Origin: Tubiluchus corallicola
Taxonomy: Eukaryota > Animalia > Priapulida
Direction of reading: 5' to 3'
Length of the DNA: 64,000 nt
Assembly: GCA_030141605.1 (NCBI GenBank)
Contig: JAQGDQ010000448.1
Span: forward strand, 1-64,000
The notes beneath the pieces were generated by a model that saw only the letters and a list, made by a program, of their open reading frames with translations, was not told the DNA's origin and did no database searches. Each line of letters starts with the position of its first letter. Within the stretch, counting starts at the first letter, position 1. Of the stretch, positions 1 to 12,100 are shown piece by piece. The position numbers and the translations under genes were made by a program.

Positions 1-81
1 AATGATATTATAATTAATAGTTATATTAATATTATTAATAATATAATAATTATAATATAATAATTTTATAATAAAGTGCTA

Positions 82-245
82 CCGAATCGCCTCTGTTGCC
101 GAAGCTAAACCAGATTTTTTTCAAGTTTCTGCTGAATTGGGTCGGAACTAAAGTAATTTAGAACTTCAGCAAATTGAATCGGATCAAAGCTCAGATTCGG
201 ATTTGGTTTCGAAGCTCTGGTTCTATCAAAGATTCGTGACATCCC
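82..245. mobile_element. Relic end of a non-autonomous hAT/MITE-like element (mirror 58194-58357)
   Basis: Clustered CCGAA/TTCGG motifs ending in TTCGTGACATCCC (233-245). The same terminus occurs at 59851-59865. Confidence 0.45.
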
Positions 246-2248
246 GAAAAGAAATATTTCCTTAAACCCAAATTCGCTCTGTTCTGGTCCCCGTATGGGT
301 CTAAAATATGAAGCAGTTTTAAACATCCACAGTATCAATCTCTTTGATGATATTAGAAGCTTTGTATTAAATCAGCACGTGCCATCAGTGTATATGAATA
401 TTTATATACTGTTTTCTATAGAAGTCAGTGCAATGCTTTCTATGAACGTTTAACGACGATTCACTTAACGTCGCGTTTTCCTAGAACGCACTTAAATATC
501 TAGATTCTAGGTATAAATGACTTCATACATCAATATTATTATATAATATATTTATAGAATTATAATATTAGTTCAATTTCAACTGTTCAAATGCATAAAC
601 AATACACATCTACTTACTACAAGTATGCCTTACAGCTGTTTACAAGACCTTGAATAACGGCAGCTAGTTAATTTATTTTATTAATGGTTTAATAATTTCG
701 TCAAATATTCGGGGAGTCAAAAATAGTGACTTCTCAATATTAACTAAATTAACTCCGAACAAGCATGCACGCCGACAACACAAATTCGCGAAAAATCTCT
801 CCTCGTTCACGCACCGAAGTGGTTGCGTCCTCTGTTGGTAACGCAAGAAACAAACAATAGAAAAAATAGTTCCCTTAATATCTATGTCATAGATATTATA
901 GAAATGTGCCAAATTAGTAAATTCTTTTGGTAAATTCTCCCATAAATATCACACACAGACTAGGACGGAGAATGGCCATCTGGCATGGATCTACGATTTT
1001 AAGGACCTATTTTATTTGTTGGCAACATTCCGCCCTTTTCGTTATTTCTTTCACTCTGTTATGCTACTTGAAGTACGTCATATGCACTAATTACATTGTA
1101 CATTGATGTATGTTCATTATTAAGCAGGATAAGTACTGTTAAATAGGCTGTTAGCTGCATAAATTTTCTTGAGGCTGGTCAATAAGTGGGTCGACCCATC
1201 ATCAATGCTCACTCTGAGTCATTTCATTTGCTGACTCTGATTCTGACGTTTTACAGAAAGGTCTATTTTTACTATCTAACCAGAGCCTTTATTCGATTCT
1301 GCACGACCCTAGTTATTTATACACAGAAATATTTGTTAGAAGCTGCGTTTAATCACCTCATTTGCATCTATAATGCCTAACAACACTTTAGAACACAAAA
1401 ATAGTAATACAAAAAGAGGAAGAATTAACGCGTGGGCACAAGTAATGGAGGCAATAGAAGGTACACTACAGATGTGAAGAATAACTTTTAGGCGATGTGT
1501 TTGAATTTTGAATTTTATTATAATCAATCTATGAAAAGTTATGTGATGACAGCAATATTTCAGTAAGTTGGTCTTTGGGTTTTAGCAAGGAAAATTAATT
1601 TCATGAATATGAAAACAGTAAGCATGCTTGCAATAAATAAAATAAAGATCCAATAAAATATTTGATCCATGAATAAAGCATTTATCATTTTGTTTCTGAA
1701 ATATAAGTGAATGTTTTTACTTTGTGTGGCATGTGTCCTATACATAGAAGGCATGTTTTTGTCGTGCTTTACTGAGTTCCATTTGGGTCGTTAATCGTAT
1801 TTATGATGATAATGATTATAATGGATGCACGTGAGTAATTTCCAGCCCTAAATGACCGTTATGTTTTTCATAATTATGACGAATCACGAATTGCAAGATA
1901 CTTTAGTCCTATTTGGAAACATGCGTTAACTAATTTTATGTTTTCGTTTACTCATTCCTATGTGTTTTTCGTGTGATCTCTGAAGTTTTTTTTATCACAG
2001 GTACTCTTTAATTCATAAATAGCAAAATTACCATAATCCGTATTTTTCTTTTAAAAATAAGTGCAATTTATGATACATAACATGTAAATATGTGACTGTT
2101 TTCTTCCAATTCTCTAACCAAGGAAATATAAAAAATAACTATTTCATATGCACTTAAGGAAGTAGTTAAAAAAGAAAAGTCCTTGGTACTAAACTTTACA
2201 AAAGCAAAAAGAAATAATAATTTACATTGCTTGGATACTATCTCCACC

Positions 2249-2287
2249 ATATATATATATATATATACATATATTATATATATATAA
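2249..2287. repeat. (TA)n microsatellite (mirror ~56152-56190)
   Basis: Imperfect atatatat run. Confidence 0.85.
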
Positions 2288-2839
2288 GTACTTTTTCCTT
2301 TTTCTATTAATTATGTACAAAAATAATTGAATTTTCTATTTACTAAACGTAGGCAACTGAATAAATCAGTTATGATACGTAAGGTTTAGTCAACTATTTT
2401 TTATCTTGATGATGCATTATGTATAGCCAATTCTGTGCTTTACTATCGTTTATGCCTGCATATGTACTATAAATTTTAATTGGCATAGCACTTTTTGTTG
2501 TACTAGTGTTTGCAGTTTTAACTATTTACAATACAATTTTGTTACCTCCATTTTTTCTGTTATTCCTAATGCCTAATAAGAGATTGTTTTAATATGCATG
2601 TGAATTTACATAATATCCCCTACCCAACAATTTTAATTTATAAAGTTAGGATGGCCGGTTTAAAAAATCTTCAGTTTGTTCGCCTCTCCTTCTTTGAGTT
2701 TATATTCAATATTCATAGCAGGGGAAAACAAATCCAAATCTGAATTGAAATCTAATTATCAATTAATCTATTATCTTTGGTTGTCAAATGCAGAGTGCGC
2801 AGACCGACACTAACCATTGCGTCTTTCTTTTCCCGTGCG

Positions 2840-2891
2840 TTCTAATACATATATCCGCCGGACTCAATCAGTCCTGCCTTGGCCGCCATTT
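2840..2891 (+). promoter_or_regulatory. Candidate ODC core promoter: Inr-like TCAGT and YY1-like GCCGCCATTT
   Basis: GC-richer patch with TCAGT at 2868-2872 and GCCGCCATTT at 2882-2891, ~100 nt upstream of the uCC AUU codon. Motif-level evidence only. Confidence 0.4.
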
Positions 2892-3654
2892 ACTAACTAA
2901 TGGTGTAATCTTGAGCAATCAAATTCTTTCAATTGTTATATTTGTGAAAGTGTTACTGTTTCAGGAAGTTGATCATAACAAAATTTGAAAATTCCGTGCC
3001 TAGAAAAACCAGACATCTGCAGGTGGCATTCCGCTCAGGTATTATTACTTTATTAATATTTTACAGGATGGAGAATGTCAGTACTGGCATTAGAAACATG
3101 AAATTTTACCGTAATCACACCATACTGCCACTCATAAAACATGAGAGTGATGGAGGTTAATCCGGCCAGCTCAGTGTAACCCCATATTTCGAATCTAGAT
3201 GTCTGATATCTGTCCAGGTAGTTCTTGAAGTTATTCACTGAAGAAGCTTTAGCAGTAAATTCCACTCTCTGACTACTTTCTGTGAAAAAATATTTTCTAC
3301 AGTCCAATCTGGCTTTACTTTCATGATTTAGAGTGATCTCTTGGTAATGTTGATATTGGTAAATGCTTACTTTATCGGGTTAGTAAACCTGTAAGAGTTT
3401 GGGGTCGTAACTAGTGAAACTACAGGTAGAGATGTGAGTAGTGGTTGCTCTTGGGGTAGTGATTAGTGAAGGAGTGGAATAGTTTGCCTGGCAATATACC
3501 ATTGAATGGTTTAGTGACTAGCCAACAGTTGCCATTGAGGGTGTCACTCTAATTGCGCTTTATTAACATTTTATCAGTCTATGTGTCACTATAACCTTAG
3601 CAGTTATTGAAGTTGATATGTGGGAACACAAAGGAAAGCAATCAAATTATTTCT

Positions 3655-3996
3655 AATCTAAGCATGAGAGGGAAAGATTACCCACAACTTCTCAAGGAGT
3701 TGGGACTAGTCACATAGAAATACAGGTGAAACAGGCATGATATAATACAGAGCACTTCATGGGAGAGACGCGGTGCACTTGGACAGGCACATATGAATAT
3801 AGGGTACACTGAGGACAATGGGGCATTTGTTAAAATTGCATAAGACAAAATTGCAAGTAGGATAGAGCAAGAGGCGTAACATATTTTGCCAAAGAATGAT
3901 AAATGCTTGGAACAATCTACCTTCAAGTGTATATAAGTCTACCACTATAACACAATTTAAGACTCGTTTGGACAACCATTGGCAAAATGAGCCTTA
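3655..3996 (+). mobile_element. Degenerate CR1-type LINE ORF2 3' fragment in the ODC leader intron (mirror 54443-54784)
   Basis: Translates with stops to ..DYPQLLKELGL..MGHLLKLHK..RRNIFCQRMINAWNNLPSSVYKSTTITQFKTRLDNHW, the typical CR1 C-terminal GH..KL/WN.LP/FK.RLD pattern. Confidence 0.75.
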
Positions 3997-4591
3997 AAAA
4001 ATTATTAATCCCATTTGGCCTTCGTGGGAACAATAGAGTGTAGCAATGATGTAAAATTCTGCCTCTTGATATGCTGATAGTGCCTTTTTCAAGTTTATTT
4101 ACTATTTATAGCGTTTTTGGAAAAGTAGTACTAGAAGGCATAAATACCATATTTGCTAAATCCCTATCGACTGATTATGATTTATGGATTATGAGCATTT
4201 TATAAAAAAAAACGTGGCTTAAAACCTGAATCATGGCGGTATTACACTAACATGGAAAGTGATTATAAAATTTTATGCCAAACATTATAAAAATGCAAGT
4301 GTGGCACAGTCATTGAATTAACTGCCACACTTTTACAGAGAGAAATTGTCAGTCTGCAAATACTTCCAAATTGTGTCACTCAATGGGTGTTTTTGCCATA
4401 AAATTGAATGCAGTTTTTGTATTGTATTACGTGGCACCCACTGTTTGCCATACAGCAGACCATAGCATTTGTATTAGAACATGGCACCCATTCTTTGCTT
4501 CGCTTTTTGGTCAAGTTTAGCAATCTCTCTTTCTGCCCCATGCAAGGCATTTAAAGCTACAGGCGCAGCAAAAAATGTTAGGTCATAATAG

Positions 4592-5200
4592 CAGGGATGT
4601 TACTGAAAATGAAATTACAAATCGGAACCGAAATTTATGAAACACACAACCAATAACGGAATCGAACTGAAATCATTTTTGCAAAACCAACTACTATCAA
4701 ATCTGAAAATTAATTTTGAAATAAATAAAATACTTTGTGTTTGCTTATTTGCTTATATTTGCTCTAGTACAACCTCGATGAGGTAGCTAGGCAAAAAGTC
4801 CTAATCAAAAAAAGTACAACAATGTTTATTGTTAAAGATCATAAAACTTCAAGAACATTGACACATTTCATTTTGTTATTGTGATTTTGGCTGTATTTCA
4901 TAAATTACAAAATTAGACTTGGTTTTATTCAAGTTACACTTCGATATTTCTGTTGATTGTGCCTGGAGACCTTAAAGCTTCACAGTTGCCAACACTGGAG
5001 ATTACCCTAAAAAGTTACAAAATGCTACAAAAGTTAAATAAACGACATTTACGCTTTATTTGAACTATTTTCGCAAAAAATTTTAGTGATTTTTAACGTC
5101 TAGGAGAAAAAATAAGCATTCGTCTGCGAAACTTGATACTTTTTGACGAAAGCGTAACTACACTGAAAGTGAAATCGTCAAACCGTTTCGGTAACATGTG
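4592..5200. mobile_element. Possible degenerate non-autonomous hAT element
   Basis: Starts CAGGGATGTTAC followed by AACCGAA/ATCGAA subterminal-type motifs. Possible decayed other end TTTCGGTAACATGTG near 5200. No TSD seen. Confidence 0.3.
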
Positions 5201-6167
5201 AAAAAGATTGCTTTTGAATTTGCCTCGCTTATAGGAATACCAACTTTGCAGGTTATACATTTCTCTGGTAGTTTTTGCCTTGGATATTTGTGAAATCTAA
5301 TCACTGCCTAAAAGTATGTAATTGCCAGTGAACCAGTGCGGGCTGAATTAATATGTTCCTTTTGTACATGCTAAATTTTTTGTGCTTCTTTGCAGGGGGG
5401 CGTTTTCTACAGTACAGACCCTGAGGGAGGCTGCCGAGCGGTAACGCTTGACTACAACGCCTTGAGGATCAGGGAGCCTAGCTGATATTTGCTCAAGCAG
5501 CAGGCATTTTATTACAGGTTTGCATTACTTACTTCTATATGTGTGGTGTATTGTTTATACCTTTGTAATTATTGTAGCTGTAAATTGTATGTACCTTTTT
5601 GTGCACTTTGTTTGTAGCTTTATAAAACTAATAGCAAACAACATAACATATGCTAGTTTAGCAGCAGTAGCTTAGTTCATCAGTTGTCATAGTTTACCAT
5701 GAAATTTATCATTTCATAGAATAATAAGTGTCTGCATGTGAGTAACCATTTGTGAGGAAATCTGCAGGTAAAACAGATCGGTTGCAAATACAACTTTGCA
5801 AATGAACCTTTCCATTTGAAGGTGATTTTCGTTCACATTGACTTAGCCAAACCGTAACTGAAGAAACTTGGAACTGTGAATGATGTACCAGCATTCCCAT
5901 GAGACTGAGTGCTCTATGAACTGCTTTATTAAGATTTGCAAAATTTAGCACATGAAAATTTAGCACAAGAGCATTTAGCAAAAGTAATTTTTAAAACTAA
6001 ACTATTTTTAATCTAAAATTTCAGAATTTGTAGTAGCATTGTAATTAAACTTATTGTTAATTTGATCAGGTATTACTCTACTTATGGTTGCAAAACTTTT
6101 TTTCAGGTTATTAGGGATCACTTAGCAAATCTATTACACTACATAGGCATTTCCTTCACCTTGTAAA

Positions 6168-9100
6168 ATGAAGAACATTACTTTGGACAACATTTCCATT
6201 GCCTCGCTAAACAAACCTATTGATAGTGTAATTACTGAGCATATCGCTCATAACCACGGCAATGTAAGTTTGCGTAACATTTATAATAATACATATGGCC
6301 ATTACAATCTTCTTGCTGTTACACATTTTTGTGTTTAACACTTTGTGCAATGGTATATATAATTGGGTTATATAGTAACCATTATATTATAAATGGTATA
6401 CATAATGGGCTTTATTTTTTGGATAAATACTCTTGATATTGTAGCAATCTGCCAATTAAAGCAAAAATTTACACATTCAACATAAAATAATTTTTGTGTT
6501 GAATGTATAAATTTTTGCTTTAATTGGCAGATTTGAAAGTATTTTAAACTACAAGCTACTTTTTACTGTAATAAATGGCAACTTATAGATGGTTTCATAT
6601 ACCAAAATATGTTTAGGACACATTTGCATTACCTGAATGTTTTGTTTTTGTGATTATCTAGGAGGATCCGTTTTATGTGGTTGATATTAGTGACATCATC
6701 AGAAAATGTAAACAGTGGGAGGAGAAGATGCCCCGTGTTGACCCATATTATGGTAATTATTTCTAATTCATTTTGTCTGATCATAGATATTTTTTGAAGA
6801 TTGGCTAAATCTGTGTCTCATTGTTTAATCATCATGAAGTATGCCAGTATGACTTGATTAATATTAATATTAAAAGCCTAAGGAATTAAACACATATTCT
6901 GATATAAAGTTCTTATTCATAGTCCAGTCGACATTTTTGACAAGAATTTGTAAAGCTATTGCTTTAACACCGGGCCTCGAATTCATGCATTTTTATTAGA
7001 TTTTCAGTTTTGAACCTATTTTGGCTTTTAATGTTAATATCATAATTGTCCAGGCAGTTCCGGTTAATTTTTTATTATTAAATGTCACCGTGTTTTAAAA
7101 TCTAACAAAGTATGTTTTAGTACTAATAGTTTTAGTTTTGCAAAGCCTCCAATACATGCAAAAATACAACTTAACTGAAACCATTTTATTCTAGCTGTGA
7201 AATGTAATGACGGAGCTGGGGTTCTTCGCATTCTTGCCAACATGGGGGTGGGATTTGATTGTGCCAGTCGTTCAGAGATTGCCACCGTTTTAGACCTTGG
7301 TGTCCCTCCAGAGAGAATAATTTTTGCAAATCCCTGCAAAATGGCATCACACATCAAGTTTGCAAGGCTGAACAACATCCGCCGAATGACATTTGACAAT
7401 GAGCTCGAGCTGCATAAAATTAAGCGATTATATCCGGAATCAGAGTAAGCTGTGATTTCTATATTTGCCTATACTTTTTCTGAGTTGTAAACTGCGAATA
7501 TAACTGCATCTATAGGCTGTGCGGAAGAACTGAGTTTCTGTTGTGCAGTGCAGTGCAGTTTAGTGTATTAGCCTCTGACATTGTTCTTAGTGGAATTCAT
7601 GTGTGTTCTTGAAAACATTGTGACTTGCATAGTGTGTGATTTTGTTTATTTGTTTCATGATTAACTAATCCCTTTTAGATATGTCAGTCCTAATGTAGGG
7701 TGTAATTACTAATACCATGTCATTGAATGCAAAAATTAGCCCTTTAAAGTACTGTAGTCTGTTTACATTTTCGATTTTACACTAATCAGTAATGTGTTCT
7801 TAGTCGTGAATTTCATACAAAACTTGGCATGGCCTCTTGAATGTCAGTTATATAATACAAAATTTGCAGTTCACGTGGGAGACAGCAGTTTCATATCACA
7901 CTCTAAATTGTTTTATACAGGCTTGTTATTCGCATTGCCACAGATGACAGCAAGGCACAATGTCAGCTGAGCATGAAATTTGGCATACCATGGGAAAAAG
8001 CTTATCATTTGCTTCGCGTGGCTAAAGACCTCGAGTTAAACGTGATTGGTGTAAGGTATGTCATTGTTTTGTTGTAATTAATTATTCATCGTAACTAATT
8101 CATATACATGGTGAAGACTAATATTAAAAGTATAGGATGATTCAAATATACTTTCATAAATATGTCAGAAATGGCACTTCGTGTATTCTGGTTCTCTTTT
8201 TTATTCTTACTTTTCTAACCTCAACCTCCTGATTTGTCAGTTTTAACTTTTATTTTAGAAAGATAATTAATAATTAATGAATAAATAATTTAGATATTGT
8301 ATTGGTAATTCTTTATAGAAATTTATAAGCCAATATTGGGGAACTGTGTAACTTTTTTAATCCTTTTTTGCGTAAGTTTTAGTATAAACAGTCTTATTCT
8401 TATTTTCCATTAGCTTTCATGTTGGCAGTGGATGTTATGATCCCTCTGCTTGGAGTGCTGCTATTGCTAATGCCAAGAAAGTGTTTGGGTTTGGCAAAGA
8501 AGTTGGATATAATTTTGATTTCTTAGACATTGGTGGTGGGTATCCTGGACATGACAAAGCGCGTATCAGCTTTGACGAGGTATAGAATTAGTTATTTGCT
8601 TTAATTCACTACAAATTATTTATATCAACAATAGCCCGTTAAACTTTAAGTTTGGCAAAAAAATGTCGTGAATAATAAATAAACAGTACTGTTTAAAAGC
8701 TTACAGTGACAGTGGAAAACATTATTGCACTGCAACAGCTTACTATTTGCAAATTGAATGTATCGAGTGCAAAAGTTAGATACATATGTTTTACATTACT
8801 TTTAATCACTTTTGTAACACTGCTCCACGCAATAAAATGTTTATTTTTGTAATAAAAACTAATTCTGGATAGACTTCCTGTAATAAGGATATGATTACCT
8901 GAACCTTTTTAATTCTGATAATATTATTGACTAACTAGAGAGCATTGCTACCAGTTCTCAGCTATTTACAAGGCGCTGTATTAATTATCCGGCTCGACTA
9001 CTTTGATTAGATATGCGGGTTTAAACATACAGTCTTGCAGAAATGTAGATGAATTATAGATATAATCATTTTTAGTAGTCTGCCTCCAACTATTTACAAC

Positions 9101-12100
9101 TGCAAATGTTTCCAAGGACTGTATCCTTTCCGTGTTAAAAGAAACCATACTATGTAGGAATTCTAATCTACCTGACTTATATTAATTATTGTCAACGACA
9201 CTAAGTATTGCTGCAAAATGTGTTATCTGCCTTGGACTCACCACCATGCGCATCACTCAGATATCTTTTAGTCATAGCGCAGTCATTCTCCGAAAATTCT
9301 CCAGGTGCCACAGTGTGTTGACAGCAGTTGTAGTTCGGTTTCATCTCTGTGACACTATTTTCATTGCAGTAGCAAACAGTGTTTAATAAAAAAAATTCTG
9401 TGTTAAACTGTTTTTGCATTTTCACTGTAAGTGAACCGTGACAAACAGTGGGGTCTAGAAACTGCCATGGTGTGTGAGATTTTGCTCCATTATTTCTGTT
9501 ATTCTAACAGGAATAACAATTTAGTGATTAAATGAAATAACAGTAAATTTTATTTAACAGCATTGTGCAAGCTAATAGTTCAGTATCAACCTATTAACAA
9601 GGATTAGAAAGTAAAATGTAGTGACAACAACATTTTTTTATTTTGTTACTTGAGGTTTGTGATGAAGTAAACTTGTCACTGGCAAAACATTTTCCTGCTG
9701 GCAGTGGAGTACGTGTGATTGCTGAACCAGGACGCTACTTTGTGGCATCTGCATTTACTTTAGCTGTTAACATCATTGCAAAAAAAGTTGGAGAAACCTC
9801 TGATTCGACAGGTTTGTTAGAGTTTTTTTAGTACTCCAATGTTGGTAAATGCAATATACGGTAATTCTTGGCCTAAAAATTCTTCATTCAGTGACAACCT
9901 GTTTCTGTCACTTTTTCTCTCAGAAAAAATGAAACATAACAGCAAATGTTATGTGTGATGGCAAATTTGTTTGTTGTGCTGGCACTAGGGGTGGGACAAA
10001 GCTTAAATTTCCAAAACCGAATCAAATCCGAATCACATTTTTTAAGTTTCCGAAACCGAACTGAAGTCAAGTGTTTAATTCACTCTTAATTTTCAATACC
10101 TGACGAATCTGAATCTTGCAACTTAATTCCAATTAGGTTTTCCATCTTAGGATCTGTGTGCAGTTAGTTGCAATGGATGTTTCAATGAAACATTTATAAA
10201 ACAGTCTTGTATAATGTCATTGCTAAACACAATAAAGTTCTCTTGTTCAGATCTTGTTTTTGCCTTATGTTTAGTTTGTTTTGATCTTTATTCATTGCAA
10301 TTTAGAAAATAATGCTATTACTGGGCAAAATGTGAGTGGTACTATGTAAAAAGAATTCAGATAAATTTTGGCACACTTCATGACTGCATTTTCTTCTTTG
10401 TAACTAAATTAATAACATTCAGAAAGTAAAATTAAATTTAAGCTAAAATATTGTTTGTGTTCAGCAGCACAATAACCGAAATGTTGTGCGTAAGTTGGGA
10501 CACCATTGAAAAAAATTAGCATCGGTCGGACCGCAGACGAATAATTTATGCGGTACATAACTTTTTACGGAACTTCACGTTTTGATAAGAAGAGAAATTT
10601 AAAATAAGTGATTAAAATAAGCCGATCTGTTCCTTAACTGGGTAAACATGAATTATGGAGGCTGCTTCACATTTTTTTGCGTAATCTAAGCTCCGGTTCG
10701 GATCCTGTTGCGAAACTCTGGAGTAGCAAAGCTTCCTATCATGCCTAGTTGGCACTTCGCTCCCTGTAAAGAAGATGCTACTTTGGCCCTGTGTGAGTTA
10801 GTATTAGCTTAAGCTACTTACCAAGCTATTCATTATTACATTTTGGATAACCAAAATTATTTTATTGCATTAATAACGAGCTTGCAGTTTGCAAGGCAGT
10901 AAGTTCCTGCAACTACAAAAGCTTTTGTTTACCAAGAATAATGTTATTACTAAAGTGAAAGCTGTCTTTTTGCAAGTTAGGAATTCAGACATTGCTAAGT
11001 CATTTGGAAATTGATTGCAGGAAATGGTATTACCAACATGTACTACGTAAATGATGGTGTGTATGGGTCATTCAATTGCTTGCTTTATGATCATGCGGAA
11101 ATTTATCCTTATCATCTTTTGGTATGTATATCTGTTGAACTTTCGCAATTTTACTGAAAGCCAATTTGTTTAAAAATTAGAGTTAGAGTTATGAGCTAAC
11201 AGCTCATAAAATGTGTTTGTTGAAGCTCTATTTGTGTTAAAGTGAAAGTAGAAACTTTAAACTATAAGTTAAACATTTAATTGTAATTGAAATCAAAGTC
11301 AAAAATGCTATTTAATAACAGTGTGCCACTTGTGATGACACAATTGAACTCTCTCACTGATTACATTGAGGAATTCGAAATTGTCTGAAGTGCCTCTTAA
11401 TGAGTTGCTAAAATGAGTCTTTCTTACCGTGGAGTGCACAGTATCATCCTCCATGCAAAATTTCGTAAATGATTTCTGGTTTGTCTCGACTTGGAGCTTG
11501 AAACTTGACCAGTTGTGGAACCTATACGGGAGTCATAATTGTGTCTACATACAGTTTGCTTGCTCTAAAAAATATGGCTTGCTTTTTCAGTCTAGAGTTT
11601 TACTAAATCAACTGTGTGCAAATATTTGTCTTTTTGTGAGAATGTAGTACAATTTTGGTAAGCTTTCTAATTGATAAATAGTGCTTACTCTTTGTGTTTT
11701 TCTTGTAACTTTATTTTGATGAATAATCTTTTGTTTTGTAATCCCCTATGAAGCCCTGGATAGGGCAAAATGTGTATGTTGTTAATAAAAATACTTAGTG
11801 AGACTGCACATGTACTTAGTAATGTTGCTTATGTTGCTTCGCATTAAATTTAATAATTACAATATATTTTATTGAACGAATAAGTGAACAAATGAAAGTG
11901 TGCTTCATGTACATTTTACAAAAATCTACTGTTGCCGAAGAGAATATTTTTTGTGGGATAAGAAAATGTAGTAAATATTTTTAGGGCCATGGCAAACCTT
12001 TGTACAGCAGCAGCGTATGGGGACCAACTTGTGATGGCTTGGACCGCATTCTGGAACACGTTAACCTGCCTCAGCTTCCTGTGGGTGGTTGGCTGCTGTT

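Larger units (their letters stand above)
2991..5485 (+). promoter_or_regulatory. AUU-initiated upstream conserved coding region (uCC) of ODC mRNA; exons 2991-3038 and 5396-5485
   Basis: AAA-ATT-CCG start context. GT donor at 3039 and polypyrimidine-CAG acceptor at 5395, both phase 0. Spliced peptide (I/M)PCLEKPDICRWHSAQ-GGVFYSTDPEGGCRAVTLDYNALRIREPS*. The PEG, D(Y/F)NA and EPS-stop elements resemble ODC/AZIN1 uCCs. Confidence 0.85.

Noticed and set aside
2969-3160. ORF-track 63-aa ORF overlapping the uCC first exon
   Set aside because: Different frame from the AUU-CCG frame, runs through the 3039 donor into the intron, and has no recognisable motif.
10306-10338. Possible 33-nt phase-1 ODC micro-exon ([11 protein letters not shown])
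   Set aside because: Frame-compatible, but it has a weak donor, lies inside the 9986-10747 transposon relic, and is not needed for a complete ODC.
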